Assembly: GCF_026210795.1 (NCBI RefSeq)
Contig: NC_089436.1
Coordinates: 2,418,001 to 2,482,000, forward strand
DNA from: Rhizophagus irregularis
Lineage: Eukaryota
Length of the DNA stretch: 64,000 bases
Direction: 5' to 3'
Part shown: in pieces, positions 20,760 through 33,921 of the stretch
Layout: each line of letters begins with the position of its first letter
How positions within the stretch are numbered: position 1 is the stretch's first letter
Notes under the pieces: model-generated
What the model was told of the DNA's origin: nothing
Database searches by the model: none
Seen by the model: the letters and a program-made list of their open reading frames with translations, nothing else
Program-made: the position numbers and the translations under genes

Positions 20760-23700
20760 CTAAACAACCCGTTCAGAAGCTTTATGCTTTGCGCAACTTC
20801 TAATATTATGACCTTTTTCTAAACAATGACTACACGTCTTGGAAGAAGAAGTTATATTTTGTTTATTGGCCATTTCTGTTACCGCTTTATAACGTTTCGG
20901 AGGACGGCCTTTTGGCTTGTGGTACTCTGGATTTGATATCTCTGGAATGCGATTATTATCTATCACAACTAATGGTTGTCGTTGGCAACTATCCTTTGAG
21001 GAAAGACCTTCTTGAACTTCTTCAATATTTAGTCCTGTAGTGCGTCAATATTTCATTATAAATTGTGTGAGAAGTCCAGTCAGTTCCCCTGTTGCACCTT
21101 CTGTCACAGCAATTTGGACACTAGTTTTTGCCATAGACATTGCACTACCAAATTCGATCCTTTTATCAGCCATTTTCTTAATAGTTGATGTATAAACGTT
21201 GCCTGTTCGAATTTGATCAATGTAGTGCAATGGTTTGATTGAGTAAGTTTTATTTCCTTGAGCAATTGTGGCGTATCTTGATGTTTCAGATGGCATGGAC
21301 TCAAACCAACGCGTATGAATGAAGCCCATATGGAATACGGCTTTATCAGATTGAAGTAGAATACGATATTGATGTCGGCATAGCATCCCTTGATTAATAA
21401 TATTCATGCATGTACAAAATGATGTTGCGTCTGCAAGAATCGCTACATAGTGTGGTTTAGCTGTAGATGATGTTATTGTTATATAGCTAACCTCCCATAT
21501 TTCCTGAATTTCGGTATTATCTAGGTTTGATAAAAGGTCTTGCAATCGGATTTGTGGCATATCATACATATATTCCACTATATCTGAAGGATTATTTTCA
21601 GGTTCGTTAACCTTTAAATCAATTGGATTAGCATACTACAAACATTATATTAAAATGAAAGCTTTGTAACTACTCACTTGATCTATTGTAATTAATGTTC
21701 CCTGGTATAATAATGCCTGTTTCATTGTGCCCTCTGAAGTGATAATGGTATAGGTGCTAAACATTCCTTTAAAATAGAATCAATGTCTTTAAAGATGGAG
21801 TTGTATGCTGATAGAAGACCAACATCAGGAAATTTGTTTAGGCGTAATTTAGTGTAATATTTCGAAGGTGATGTAAAATTTCGAAATATTACACTAAAAA
21901 CGTAATATTACAAAAGTTTACGCTCTTAAATTTGAATAATTATAGTAATTTAAGAATATCTCGCTATCTACTGATCCAATCAAGACGATCTATAGCTCAT
22001 TGGAATCAGCTCATCAAGACGGATCGAATGGTAGTAAAATCGCATTTCTACAGTTGATAGAACGCTCTATAGTATGCAGTAAAGTTTTAAATTAATAGAA
22101 AGTCATCTATTAAACGTAAAGATACGATTTTACTACCATTCGATTCGTCTTGATGAGCTGATTCCAATGAGCTATAGATCGTCTTGATTGGATCAGTAGA
22201 TAGCGAGATATTCTTAAATTACTATAATTATTCAAATTTAAGAGCGTAAACTTTTGTAATATTACGTTTTTAGTGTAATATTTCAAAATTTTACATCACC
22301 TTCGAAATATTACACTAAATTACGCCTAAACAAATTTCCTGATGAATTGTTGGGTTTGATCCATAATAATCATTAAGACGTTTGTAATATGATTCTTTAT
22401 CTAATTCACGTTCGACTTCCCTTACTAGCTCCTTTAAAAGTGTACCAGTCAAGATGCTTTTTAAGAACACCATTAATGGATTCGACCCGTTGAGTTGACT
22501 CGACCCCTGCTGTGAATACCTTCCCGATGGCATACCTCGCCCATGATTCTCGGCTTGAATAAAGTTTTTTCTCAAGATAAGTTCGACATGGCTCATATTT
22601 TGTGAGCATCTCTTTGTATCTTAATTCGAATTGGCATTGAGTATAGCTATTGCGCATGTGATGAAAATCTCCAATGAAATTATTGATCATCTCTCCATGC
22701 AATTTAGACTTAGCTTTCTTCTTTACATTTTCTGTAATATGATAGATACATAGTAGGTGTCGAGTTTGTGGATAAGTATTCTGAACGGCAGCTATCATCG
22801 CCGGATCGCCATCTGTGAATAACACAACAGGTGAAAGATTACTTGTGGCTTCTAAAGTGCATTGCAATATCCAATTATAGTCAGCTAACGTTTCATATTT
22901 TGTTAGTGCTTGAGCGAGGATCCTTGTTTTAAAGTTGTTGTCAACACCAACAAATAAGCTAAGGGCCATTTCATATCGATTCGTCTTGGCTGTATTGTCT
23001 TGTATGACAATATCATGATATTTAGGCCAAAGTTCATTACGCTGTTGACTTGTCATCCAAAAAAGCCCAGTGAGTTCATTAGATGGTCCTTCCAATCGTG
23101 CTATAACAATAAAATCGGGATCCTTACTACGCTGCTCTATAAGATATGAGAACATCGTTGCCGCGTCAGACTCATCATGAATTCGAACTCCCGGAACTTT
23201 TGAATTGCGTTGTATAGATTTTTTTTCTTTATGTGATGTTGAGGAAATTCTTTAAGAAGGAGATCGTACTGTTGTCCAGCACTTAAATGTCCATTGATGG
23301 TGTAATGTTCAATTTTATCCAGAACTACTTGTGGAAAACGTTGATTCATAGGAGCGAGTTCTATAGTTACTGGATCACATTGATGATTATGAATATTGTT
23401 GAATTTGGTAAGATGTATGGCGGTCGCGCGTTTTCCAAAATTAAATGATGCTTGCCATGAACAATTTGTTTTGGTTGTAGTAGCATCACGGTGTAATGTA
23501 ATATCTTCGACTTTCTTCGGTTTACTGATTCCAGATTTCCAACAAGTATAGACACGTCGTCGAACGATCATTTTATCAACTTCATCAAGATCTTTACGGA
23601 ATTTAATAGCAACAAATCCGTTTTGTTTTGCGTACTGATTGATAATTACATCAACCTCGTTCCAGTTTTTAAAGGTATCACCAACTTTTAGTATTACTTT

Positions 23701-24090
23701 GTTTGCATTCGTGTTTTCATCGTTATAACGTCCATTTGTATTTTCGTTATCATCTATAACTACAATGTTTGTAGTTTGGAATGGTGATTGGCTTTGATGA
23801 TCAAACTCTATAAGCGGCGTTATAAAGTCAGATTGGCCTTGGTGATCGAACTCCATAAGTGGCATTACAAAGTTAGTTTGGGATGTTGATTGGCCTTGAT
23901 GATCAAACTCCATAAGTGGTGTTACAAAGGTAGTTTGGGATGTCGATTGGCCTTGATAATCGAACTCCATAAAAGAAATTACAAATGGTTGATATTCGAA
24001 CTCCATAAACGGAATTACAAAATTAGTTTGGGATGGTGATTGGCCTTGATATTCGAATTCCATAAGCAGCGTTACAAAGGTACTTATCAA
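20760..24090 (-). pseudogene. MULE transposase (FAR1, MULE DDE, SWIM, CCHC knuckle); frameshifted and interrupted by a MITE; intron 21612-21677
   Basis: VGDTFKNW..YAKQNGF, RRVYTC, TKTNCSW, HNH; QDNTAKTNRY, FTDGDPAM, HLLCIYHI, STQRVESING; FCTC...GMLCRH; KGRPPKR, CSHCLEKGHNIRSC. The true start may lie upstream of 24090. Confidence 0.92.
21823..22344. mobile_element. Foldback MITE (522 bp), CATCAGG termini, probable 2-bp TSD (AA), inserted in the MULE transposase
   Basis: CATCAGGAAATTTGTTTAGGCGTAATTTAGTGTAATATTTCG and its reverse complement; arms near-identical for >200 bp. Removing the element and one AA restores YYGSNPTIGLLSAYNSIFKDID. An alternative reading is 21826-22341 with an AT TSD. Confidence 0.92.
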
Positions 24091-24863
24091 ACACGGTTGG
24101 TACTCTTTTACAGTTTTACCTAAGTCTTCTATACAAACTAATTCTTATTGATGTACTGTAGGTTGCAAAGTGAAAGGTAAAAATGAAACCAGTGGAAACA
24201 ACAATAATGAAATTAAATACTTTAGATACTAGTGATACTACTTCCTTACCTTCAAATTATTTATCAAACCACGATAAATTGGCAATAATCGTTAGCTAAA
24301 GAAATCTTTATGGGTTTTAAGTGAGATACAAGATCATGAGAGAAAGTAACCGTGATAAAGCTAAACAATGACGAAAGGCATATGATAAAGTCGAAAACAG
24401 TCACGCGTTGTGATAAATAACCATGCGTATAAAAAAATTTGCATGACACCGGTGATGATCACCGCTAGTGATTTATAGCAATTTTATTTTTTGGAGTATA
24501 AAAAATTCGCATGACACCGGTGATGATCACCGCCGGTGATTTGTAGCAATTTTAATTAAAAAAACTTGTAGAGTAGTCAAAAATACATATAATATAAGGT
24601 TTTTTATAATAGTACATAATAAGTACATAATAAGATCTTATACCAGAATTTTTTAAAAAATAAAAAATCTTAATAAAGTTATATGATCAAAATGATTGAT
24701 CATAATTAATATATAAAAATTACCAAAAAAAAGAAATGTGATATATTACAGGTATAAAAAAAATATATTTTATTTTTAATAATATAATTCAATTACTTGA
24801 ATCTTGTAATCACCAGAAATTGAAAATAAGGTCTTTATGGCTAAGATAATCTGTTAGTCTATA

Positions 24864-25036
24864 CATGCTGTCCAAATTATTTTAGGATGCCATAATTATT
24901 ATTTGGGATGCCGTAATTTATTTAGTTTATATATAATTTACTATGTAAAGTGCTAAAATAATTTGGGATGTCATAATTGAATTTGGGATTTTACTTATAA
25001 TTATGGCAGCCTAGCTAAAATAATTTGGGTGGCATA
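24864..25036. mobile_element. Degenerate MITE, TA-flanked
   Basis: CATGCTGTCCAAATTATTTTAG versus CTAAAATAATTTGGGTGGCATA; internal ATTTGGGATGYC repeats. Confidence 0.6.
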
Positions 25037-26444
25037 TATACCTGTTACTAAACGAAGTTTACTTACAGAATCAAACAATCATTTGACAGTACACACATGC
25101 ATATGTGAAGTACTGCTGGTTTGATAAGTGGTTTGTAGTTTAATTATATTAGAGTAGTTCATTATTAGGGAATCTTACTTTGTATATATTTTCTTTATTT
25201 TTTTACTTTAATAAAACTGCAAATGTGCTGCAAAAAAAAAATAAATTATTTTACTAATAAGAAATTAAATTATAATTTTTATATATATATAAAAACCTAT
25301 CAAATATTCAATATATTTTTATATAATTATTTAAGATTATTTATATAATTTTCCTAATTAGTAAAATATTAAAGTTTTTAGTTTTTTAATTATTAATAAA
25401 TTACCATATTTTGCAATATATAAACACCTTTTTTTTGCACTTAATAATGCTGGTTAAGATCCTCATAATTCTGGCTAAAATAGTTATAATTCTGGTCAGG
25501 AATGCTTATTTTTAAAGAATGTTTACTAATAGTAAAGATAATTTTATGTAGAGGGCTAGAGCCTAGAGACATTGCAATATATTTCTCTTTTTTGAAAATT
25601 ATTATATAATAAATTTACTAATCATTTATAATTATATGATGTTATAGATTCATTTTTTTTTTTTGAATAAATGTGATGCAAACCTTATATACTTATTATA
25701 GAATCTTTAAAATAAATGTTTTACAGTATATGTATTTTTACTTGTTCTATACTTTACTTATAAGACTAAAAAAATGTTTAAAATACTAATTTTAACTTTT
25801 TACATATAACATACAATTAAATTCTGATAAAGGTATTAAAATTAATTGCAAAAATTTTTAAAATCATAGTTGTTATTAAAAATGTTAACTTTTAACTAAT
25901 GATTAATTTAAGTAGTAAAAGATGTCAAAGTAACAGTATTGATTTTCAAATATATAATTATATAATATGTTATTTAAACTGTTAGAGAAAAAAAGTTTTC
26001 ATTAAAATCACACTGCTTACTATTTAAAGGATAAATAAAATTAGAATATAACTAATTTACACTCGGGGTGATTTTAATTATTTTCACCTAGGTGATTTAA
26101 CCTGATAATTTTATATAATTTTAAAATAATTCAGGTGAAATCACCTGATTAATTTTATTGATATAGTTTGGAAGGTAATTAATTATTTAAATTTAATAAT
26201 TACGGCAGGTGATAATACCTGATAAATATTACACAAATAATAGTAACAGGTAATACAAAATTGCCATTGTTTATATAATGATGTAATTCACATTTAAGCC
26301 TATTTCTTTCGAAAAAATTCTGACACGCTAACGTGTTGTTTTCTAAAGAAAATTTTAATCTTTACTGTTTATAAGCATGTATCTTGTTCTGTTTTTCTAA
26401 AACATCATTCCCTAAAGTAAATTCATATCAATTATAATAATCTA

Positions 26445-27478
26445 CAGTCACCCCTCTCTACAGCGAACCTCGATATAGTGAATAACATGATATAACAGAT
26501 CATACAGTGTGGTACCGATTTTAAATATGAAAAAAACCTTGATATAACGAAGTTTACTATTTATTTACCGTATAACGTAGTACGAAGTAAAGTGTGTGAA
26601 TTTCTTATATAAAAATGCCTCTCGATATAACGGATTTTTTTTATAACGAATTTTTTCAGTTATAACGAAGAATTTCTTTATAATTAAATGTAATTATTAA
26701 TAAATATTGATGCATTATGACATTAAATATCACCCCTGTATTTTATATTTAAATTATGGATCAGGATTGTATCAGGATCGTATCAGGATTAATAATTCTG
26801 GCTATTTTATTTAATATTTAGGCAGAATTACATTAATTTACATTAATTCGGTTGTATTAGGATTCGATGTGAATTGTTATTAATTTATATTTATCACAGG
26901 GGTAAGGACACTCCTAGTTAAATTAATATATCATTAATAATTTATTTATTATATAGTCAGTTATTGTTAAACAGCATTCCTACAAAAAAAAGGAATTATA
27001 ATAAACATTTTTATATAGAACACTTCAGGAAGCATTCCCTATAATAAAAAAATAAAAAAAGAACATTAGTAAATGTTCTTAAACGAAATTAAAAGAAAAA
27101 ATTGAGTTCCCCACTTACTTCTCGTCTCAGGCGTCCATTTCGAAGTCCAGGAAGTTTCCTACAATAAAAAAAATAAAAAAAGAACATTAGTAAATGTTTT
27201 TAAACGAAATTAATATAAAAAACCCCCCAGTTCCCACTTACTTCTCATTCTAGGCATCTATTTTGAAGTTTAGAAAGCACCCCTATAAAAAAAAGATTAA
27301 AAAAAATGTTAAATTATCGGTAATCAGATCAACAAGTCATATGATCTGTATAACCGATATTCCTATACCGAAGAATTCATTATACAATACCGAATAATTC
27401 GTTATAGTGTTAACGAAGTTGCTTATAACGAAGCCCTGATCAGCTGGAACCTAGGGTTCGTTATATCGAGAGGGACTG
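26445..27478. mobile_element. Non-autonomous pogo/Tc1-mariner type element (TA TSD) nested upstream of the MULE gene
   Basis: TA|CAGTCACCCCTCTCTACAGCGAACC ... GGTTCGTTATATCGAGAGGGACTG|TA; repeated TATAACGAA motifs; internal ~120-bp tandem units at ~27025-27290. Confidence 0.8.
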
Positions 27479-27524
27479 TATACGAAATCACAAAGCTTTA
27501 AAACTATTAATAAAACCACTTACA

Positions 27525-30346
27525 ATGGAAAATATTTTAGACCCAAATTTTTCCTATAGTCCTGACATGTTATTCAACTCTTATTATGATTCTTCATATA
27601 GTGGTTCAGATTTGCTTAACAGTTATCAATACGAATCTCCTGACCTACCAATATTTGAATTTTATGGTTCTTCGTATGATTCTTCTGATCTATTTCTTGA
27701 AGATCATGATACACTTAATGAAACCCAAATAGGAAATGTAAGAAGAATGGATGTTTCAGAAAATGAGGATATAAATAGATATGATTTTCGGAAGATGAAA
27801 GAATAAATGGCTGGTATGATGTTTCAGATGATGAAGATAGAAATCTTAATCATCAAGAACGGGAATATGATGATAGCGAGTATAAGGAAGAAGAGAATAA
27901 ATTAGAATTAAATCAAGTGATGGAATTTGAAACATGGGAACTTGCCGAATTATACCTTAATGAATATGCAAAGCAACAGGAATTTTCTTTTCGTAAAAAA
28001 AGACGTATACTGGATCCAACTGACAGTACAATAACAAGATGTAAAACATATGAATGTTCACATGCCCGAACTTATGAGATCCAAAAGGTTATTTTAGAAG
28101 AAAATAGAAGGGATAGGGATTCCGAAATGATTGGGTGTCTTTGGCATATTAATCTTTCTTTTCCCAAATCTGGAAATGGTGTTCGTATTAATAGTATAGT
28201 TGGGATACATAATCATGATATGAATCCTTGCATTACCGAAATAGCCCCAAAATTTCGAAAATTGACAGATAAAATGCTTAAGAAAATAAAGTTTTGGACG
28301 ATTGAAGGAAGATTAGGCATACCAACTCAATATAACTTACTAGTAGCCTCATTTCCAAATAAAGTGATTAATAAGAAAGATCTAAGTAACGCTATTCAAC
28401 AGTTTAAAAAACAAGCGAAACCTATTAAGAATGATGCATGTCAAATGCTTACTGAGCTATACTTAAAAAAAGATGATGATCCAAGATGGATCATAAAGCC
28501 ACGCTTTGATCATGGAGAGAGAAGACTAAACTCATTATTTTGGATGTCACCCGATCAAGTTAATGCATATGAAAGATACCATGATATTGTGATTATTGAT
28601 ACAACATCCAAAACTAATCAATTTGATATGATATTAATTCTAATCATTGTGGTTGATAATAATTTTAGAAATATAATAGTTGCTGCAGCAATTTTGGAAG
28701 ATGAAACAGAAGCAACTTTCACATGGATTTTACAAGAATTAAAAAATTCTTGTGATCTTGCACCAACAGTCCTATATTCTGATGCTGATCCAACCTTAAT
28801 ATCAGCCATAAAGACAAATTATCCAGAAACACACCATTTCCATTGTATTTTTCATATAGATTTAAATCTAAAAAAGAATCTTAAAGGGAAATTGCGTAAT
28901 CAATTTGAACTTTTTCGCGCTAAATTCTTAGAAATGCGCAATTCTTTATGTCATAAAACATTTAAAATAAAATGGAATACACTTATTGATGAATTTTCAG
29001 CTTGTGAACAATATCTTACAAGAGCTTTATATCCTTGTAAAAGTAGTTGGGCTTGTTATATATGCTATCAATCAGAATTTCACAGCGGGAATTCAAAGTA
29101 CACAATGGGTAGAGTCTACTAATATAATAATCAAAGATAGATTAAATAGATCTTTGTGTTTGACTGATGTTGTTAAAGAAATTCAAAAAATATTTGATCA
29201 ACAATCAAAAAAAGCAATATTAAACGAATGTAAAAATGAAATTCCTACTAGAGGAATACCATCAATTATGGATGAATATTTTCCAGAACTTGATAAAATT
29301 CTGCGAGAATATTTAACTCCTCAGATTCTTCAAAAACAACATGATCAAATGGTCCAATCGTTATGTTATGATGTGGAATTAATTGAAGATTGGTTACCGC
29401 TCTTAGAAGTAAGTATATTGCTAATGGTTGATAAGAAAATTATTAGTACTTGTTTAAAATGATAAAGACAATTATTAAAAAAAAATACTTCCCTTTTTTC
29501 CGTCTTTTTTCATAGATGGTAGATGATTCTTATCAACAAGAAATGGCCAGAGAGGATGATTATGATCAACCTCAATCTCTATTTTCTTCATTAATCAAAA
29601 ATATACCCTATAATAGTATTCGGCAAGTATGGAAAGCAACTAGACATTGTGGACAAAAATCTGAACCACAACATATCATTCTACTTGATGACGGGTCGCA
29701 TTTATGTACCTGTCTTTGGCTCATTAATAAAGGAATTGTGTGTAGGCATTTCTTTCGGGTTATGTCCTATTCAATTAATGCACAATTTCATATATCTCTT
29801 ATTCCTCAACGATGGTATAATTATAACAAGTATAATATCGAACAACAACATAAAGAACCGGTATACCAAATTGAAGAAAATGAATTAGAGAAAGGTCCGC
29901 GATTATCATTTCAACATCTTGCAAATTTTAGGCAAACTCCTAATATTGTACAACCTCGAGGTCCTAAACAAAAATATGGGTTTGGTATGGGATATGCCAA
30001 AAAAGCACTTGATTTGGCTATTCGGGCTGACAAAGTTGATGAATTTGTCAATCAAATTGAATATTTTATTGAAAGTGTAAAGTCGGAACTATCTGACCAG
30101 CAGGAAAATATGCATATTGGTGATCCGTTACGAGTAAGACATAAAGGTCGACAACCTAATAGGTATAAGTCATGTGGTGAACCTCAAAAAAAGAAAGTAA
30201 GGCGTATCCAGGATATAACTAATACTACTACTAATAAAAATCGTAAAGAAGACGTTGTAGCAAGCCAAGAGGGAAAAAAGAAAGAAAGGCGTTGTAAAAA
30301 TTGTAATCAAGTTGGACATTATGCTCCAAGATGTCCGAATATCTAA
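27525..30346 (+). pseudogene. MULE transposase (FAR1, MULE DDE, SWIM, CCHC); two frameshifts; intron 29409-29515
   Basis: FETWELAE..YAKQQEF, YECSH, GCLW, HNH; IDTTSKTNQF, YSDADP, HFHCIFHI, STQWVES; HLCTC...GIVCRH; KGRQP, CKNCNQVGHYAPRC. Shifts near 27790 and 29060. Confidence 0.92.
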
Positions 30347-33300
30347 AAGTGTAAAAAATTTTTTTTACGACATTTAAATGTATTAATCTACTTTAATGAC
30401 TAATAAAAATATTAGTAATATAATAAATCGCATGATAGTTTAATGATTAATGGTAATACAAGATTGAAAGTCGCGCTATTTTAGATTTTTAATATAAAAA
30501 ATCACATGATAAGCCAGATACCGGTGAAATCACCTGAGTGATATCACCTCGTGTGATTTTCACCCGGAGTGCAAATTAGCAAGCTTCATAAAATTAAATC
30601 TAATAAAAATTATATATAATTTTTTAGTAATATAGAATTTATAGTTTTGCCAATATATATCGATCCCTATGAGGGTAAATAAAAAAAAAAATATTAAAAT
30701 AAATATTATAAATATAAAAGTATTTGATTTTTTTAAGCAAGTATTAAAAAATATTTCAGTTATTTAAAAAATTTATTATAAAGAATAAATTTTAATATAT
30801 AGTATATAGAAGTAATTTTAAAATAATATAATATTATTATTTATAATAAAATTTCCGGTGGATTCTGGTGGATTTAAATTTTTAAATGGTTTTATAGTAA
30901 AATATTATATCTACTTTTAATTGAATACTTAAAATAATTTAAATTTTTATCATATATTACGGGTCATGTTATAATACCTTCATGTATATAGTACCAAATT
31001 TTAAAATACCCGGATACTATACACGGAAATTTAATTTTAATATTTTGTAAAATACCCGGAATATAAAATTAAATATATCCCCCCCTTAAAACCGGGGAAA
31101 TAAATATGAATTCTTGTACCTCGTGTATAGTGTCCACCCCGGATATTCCGAAATTTACAAGATACCCGGGGGTACTTTGGCCGTACATTTAACAAACAAT
31201 TTTTTTTAATTAAAAAAAAATTATAAATGGTATTATAAATGGTATTATTATTACACACGTCAATTTACCTACCTATTTATTATCATCTAATTTGAAGTAT
31301 CATAATAATAATATTATATAATAGCAGATTATGACCTGTATTTATAAATATTACTATTTGATATTTTGGATTATGGTAAACATATATGCTATTATTTTTA
31401 CAACATTTTATAATAATAGTTATATATAAAAATCCACAAATTTTTTAATTGCAATTAATTTTCCCAAAATTATATTTAATGGACATACAAATTTTACGTA
31501 TACAGTAATTAAACCGGCCAAATAATTTGGCAGATGCCTTTAACAGGAGTATGAAGAAAACCATTTATTAAGTCCCTTAAAACAGAAGTTTCTTTTTAAA
31601 ATTTTAACGATTTTAAAAGATATTCAGTCAAATCATTTAACCTAATTTCAGTAATAAATAAAGGACCGAGTATCATCATCATATCTGTTTATCATAAACT
31701 AGACTGGGGAAGGGTATCAAAGTCCGATATCAACAAATATTCTTACAAAGAACCTTAATAATATTTAATAACTATCATGTTTTTAATTGTAATTCAATAT
31801 ATTTTTACTCGATTTCGAAAAACTGAATTTTTTTTTTCTTTTTAAAATTTTTAAAAAAAACTTGAATAAAATAAAATCGTTCTCATTGGATCGACAAATC
31901 CGAGTTCGAGAATCTTCCCGTTTTATCTAAGATTATAGTGAATTTTAAATATGTAGAAAATCGATCGTGTTACTTGGAATAAGATTCATGGGAAAAAATA
32001 GAACAATATGATGAACCTATTAAAAAAAAAAATGAATTGGAAGATCTTCAAGTAAAAATAATTATATATTATGTAATAAATAATAACTGTAATATCAGTT
32101 TAATTAAAACCATTGAGCTTTGACCATTTTTTCCTTCAAAGGAAAAAATATTGTTTAATTACATAATATGATTATGAAATGATTACTCCATACAAAAATG
32201 GAATATATTCCGCCGGCATACTGTATTTATCATAAATTAATTATTTTTGGCGGGAAAGAAAAAAAGTTTAATTAAAAAATTTTTTTTTCTTTAATAAATA
32301 ATGTGAGAATTGTGAAACCATCGGTCTGATTTCCGTTTTAATAAATAGTTTTTTTGATTCACATTTTCGGGAGGGAAACTTTAATAAATTCATTAAAAGG
32401 AAAATGCCAAGTAATCTACATTATAGATTATCTCATCATTATAGAAAAATAAAAATAAAAATAAAAATAAAATTATATGATAGAATAGAAACAAAATTTC
32501 TTGTGTATTAAAAAAAAAAAGATCATTTATTGAATGAATCCTAAGGAAACCAAGTTGATACACAAGTTCGTGATCAACAATTACTTTATAAAGCATGTTA
32601 AAAAATTATGGTATTCTTACTATTATAGGTTAAATAAATATGCAAATGTCAATATTATCAATTCAATAATTTTTACATTGTCAATAAAAAGGTCATTAGG
32701 AGAAAGAAAGAAAGAATTAAAGAATAGTCAAAAATAAATCATATTGTTTTCAATGAAATAAAATTCATAACATATTTGTGTGTATCATGAGTACTTGAGT
32801 ACTTATGTATATGATTGTATACAATATATATGGGTAGATGAGTATTTGAGTTACGAAAAAATGTTGAACATGTTGGAATATTTTTAAAAAACAACGGATA
32901 TTAAAAAAAGTTTTTAAATTAATTACATATTTATTATTATTATTATTATTATTATTTTTTATTATTTTTATTTTTATTATTTTTATTTTTATATAAAATA
33001 AGTTGTTGTCCATTGTTTTTTTCTTTTTTTTTGATTCTTTTTCGTTGTTATATAACATAAACAATTAATAATTTGTTTAGTCATTTAATATTTAATATAT
33101 AAAATTTTTAGGTAATAACTAACCTTTTTTGGAAATATGGTTCACAAGGTAACTAAGGTAATCTGACGCTAATCATTTAATCCGAGTTTTAGGATTTATA
33201 AATGCGGGGAATTATACATAAAGTTAAAAGGTGGCGTCGGGAGTAATTGTATCAAATTTGTTTCATCAAAATGGAATATGCTAGGAAATAATTTTAAGAA

Positions 33301-33921
33301 TTTTTTTTTTTAAGATTTAATATCGGATGTAGGTTATATAACGAAAATAATAATCTAAAAAAGAAATCATGGTTTTTTTTTTAAAAAAAAAATGATTTTA
33401 TATAACTAATTAAATAAAATCAAATTTTTTTTTTTTTTATGAAAAGCCAAGATTTATTTAGTCGGAAATCTAGAATCATTTTTTAATTATATAATTATCA
33501 CAATCATATTATAAGAGGGAAGTTTTTTTTGGTAATGATTTTACGATTATGGCGGGATATCATCAATGCTAAGGATTTGCCTAAGCACCGGCTAAACCTT
33601 ATCTACTTTTTGTGGTCAACAAAAGTATTAACTAGTTATACTTAGTCGTTAGTCATCCTGGTCATCATCAAGAAGCATGAAGTACAACATAAATTATTAC
33701 ATTAATAGTTGTATACATGTATTATTATAATTATAATTATAATATAATAATAATAATATAATATATATATATATATTATGAACTAAGAAATTCTAACAAC
33801 AAAATTCTTTTTTTTTTTTTTTTTGAAAAAAAAAAAATAAGAAAAAAAAAAGAAAAAAATTCTTTTCCTTCTTCTTTTAATTTAAATAATTATCTTATTA
33901 TTATTATATATTATAATAATA

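Larger units (their letters stand above)
20488..24554 (-). mobile_element. Mutator-like element (MULE) with 9-bp TSD ATTAAAAAA
   Basis: TIR GGAGTTTGCTATTTATCACCGGTGGTGATCATCACCG at 20488; inverse CGGTGATGATCACCGCCGGTGATTTGTAGCAATTTTA ending 24554; ATTAAAAAA at 20479-20487 and 24555-24563. Confidence 0.88.
26044..30587 (+). mobile_element. Mutator-like element (MULE) with 9-bp TSD ATAAAATTA
   Basis: GAATATAACTAATTTACACTCGGGGTGA at 26044 versus TCACCCGGAGTGCAAATTAGCAAGCTTC ending 30587; ATAAAATTA at 26035-26043 and 30588-30596. Confidence 0.88.

Noticed and set aside
30958..31186. CCCGG-rich segment as a delimited MITE
   Set aside because: Repeated ATACCCGG motifs suggest a relic, but the two ends do not match well enough to call.
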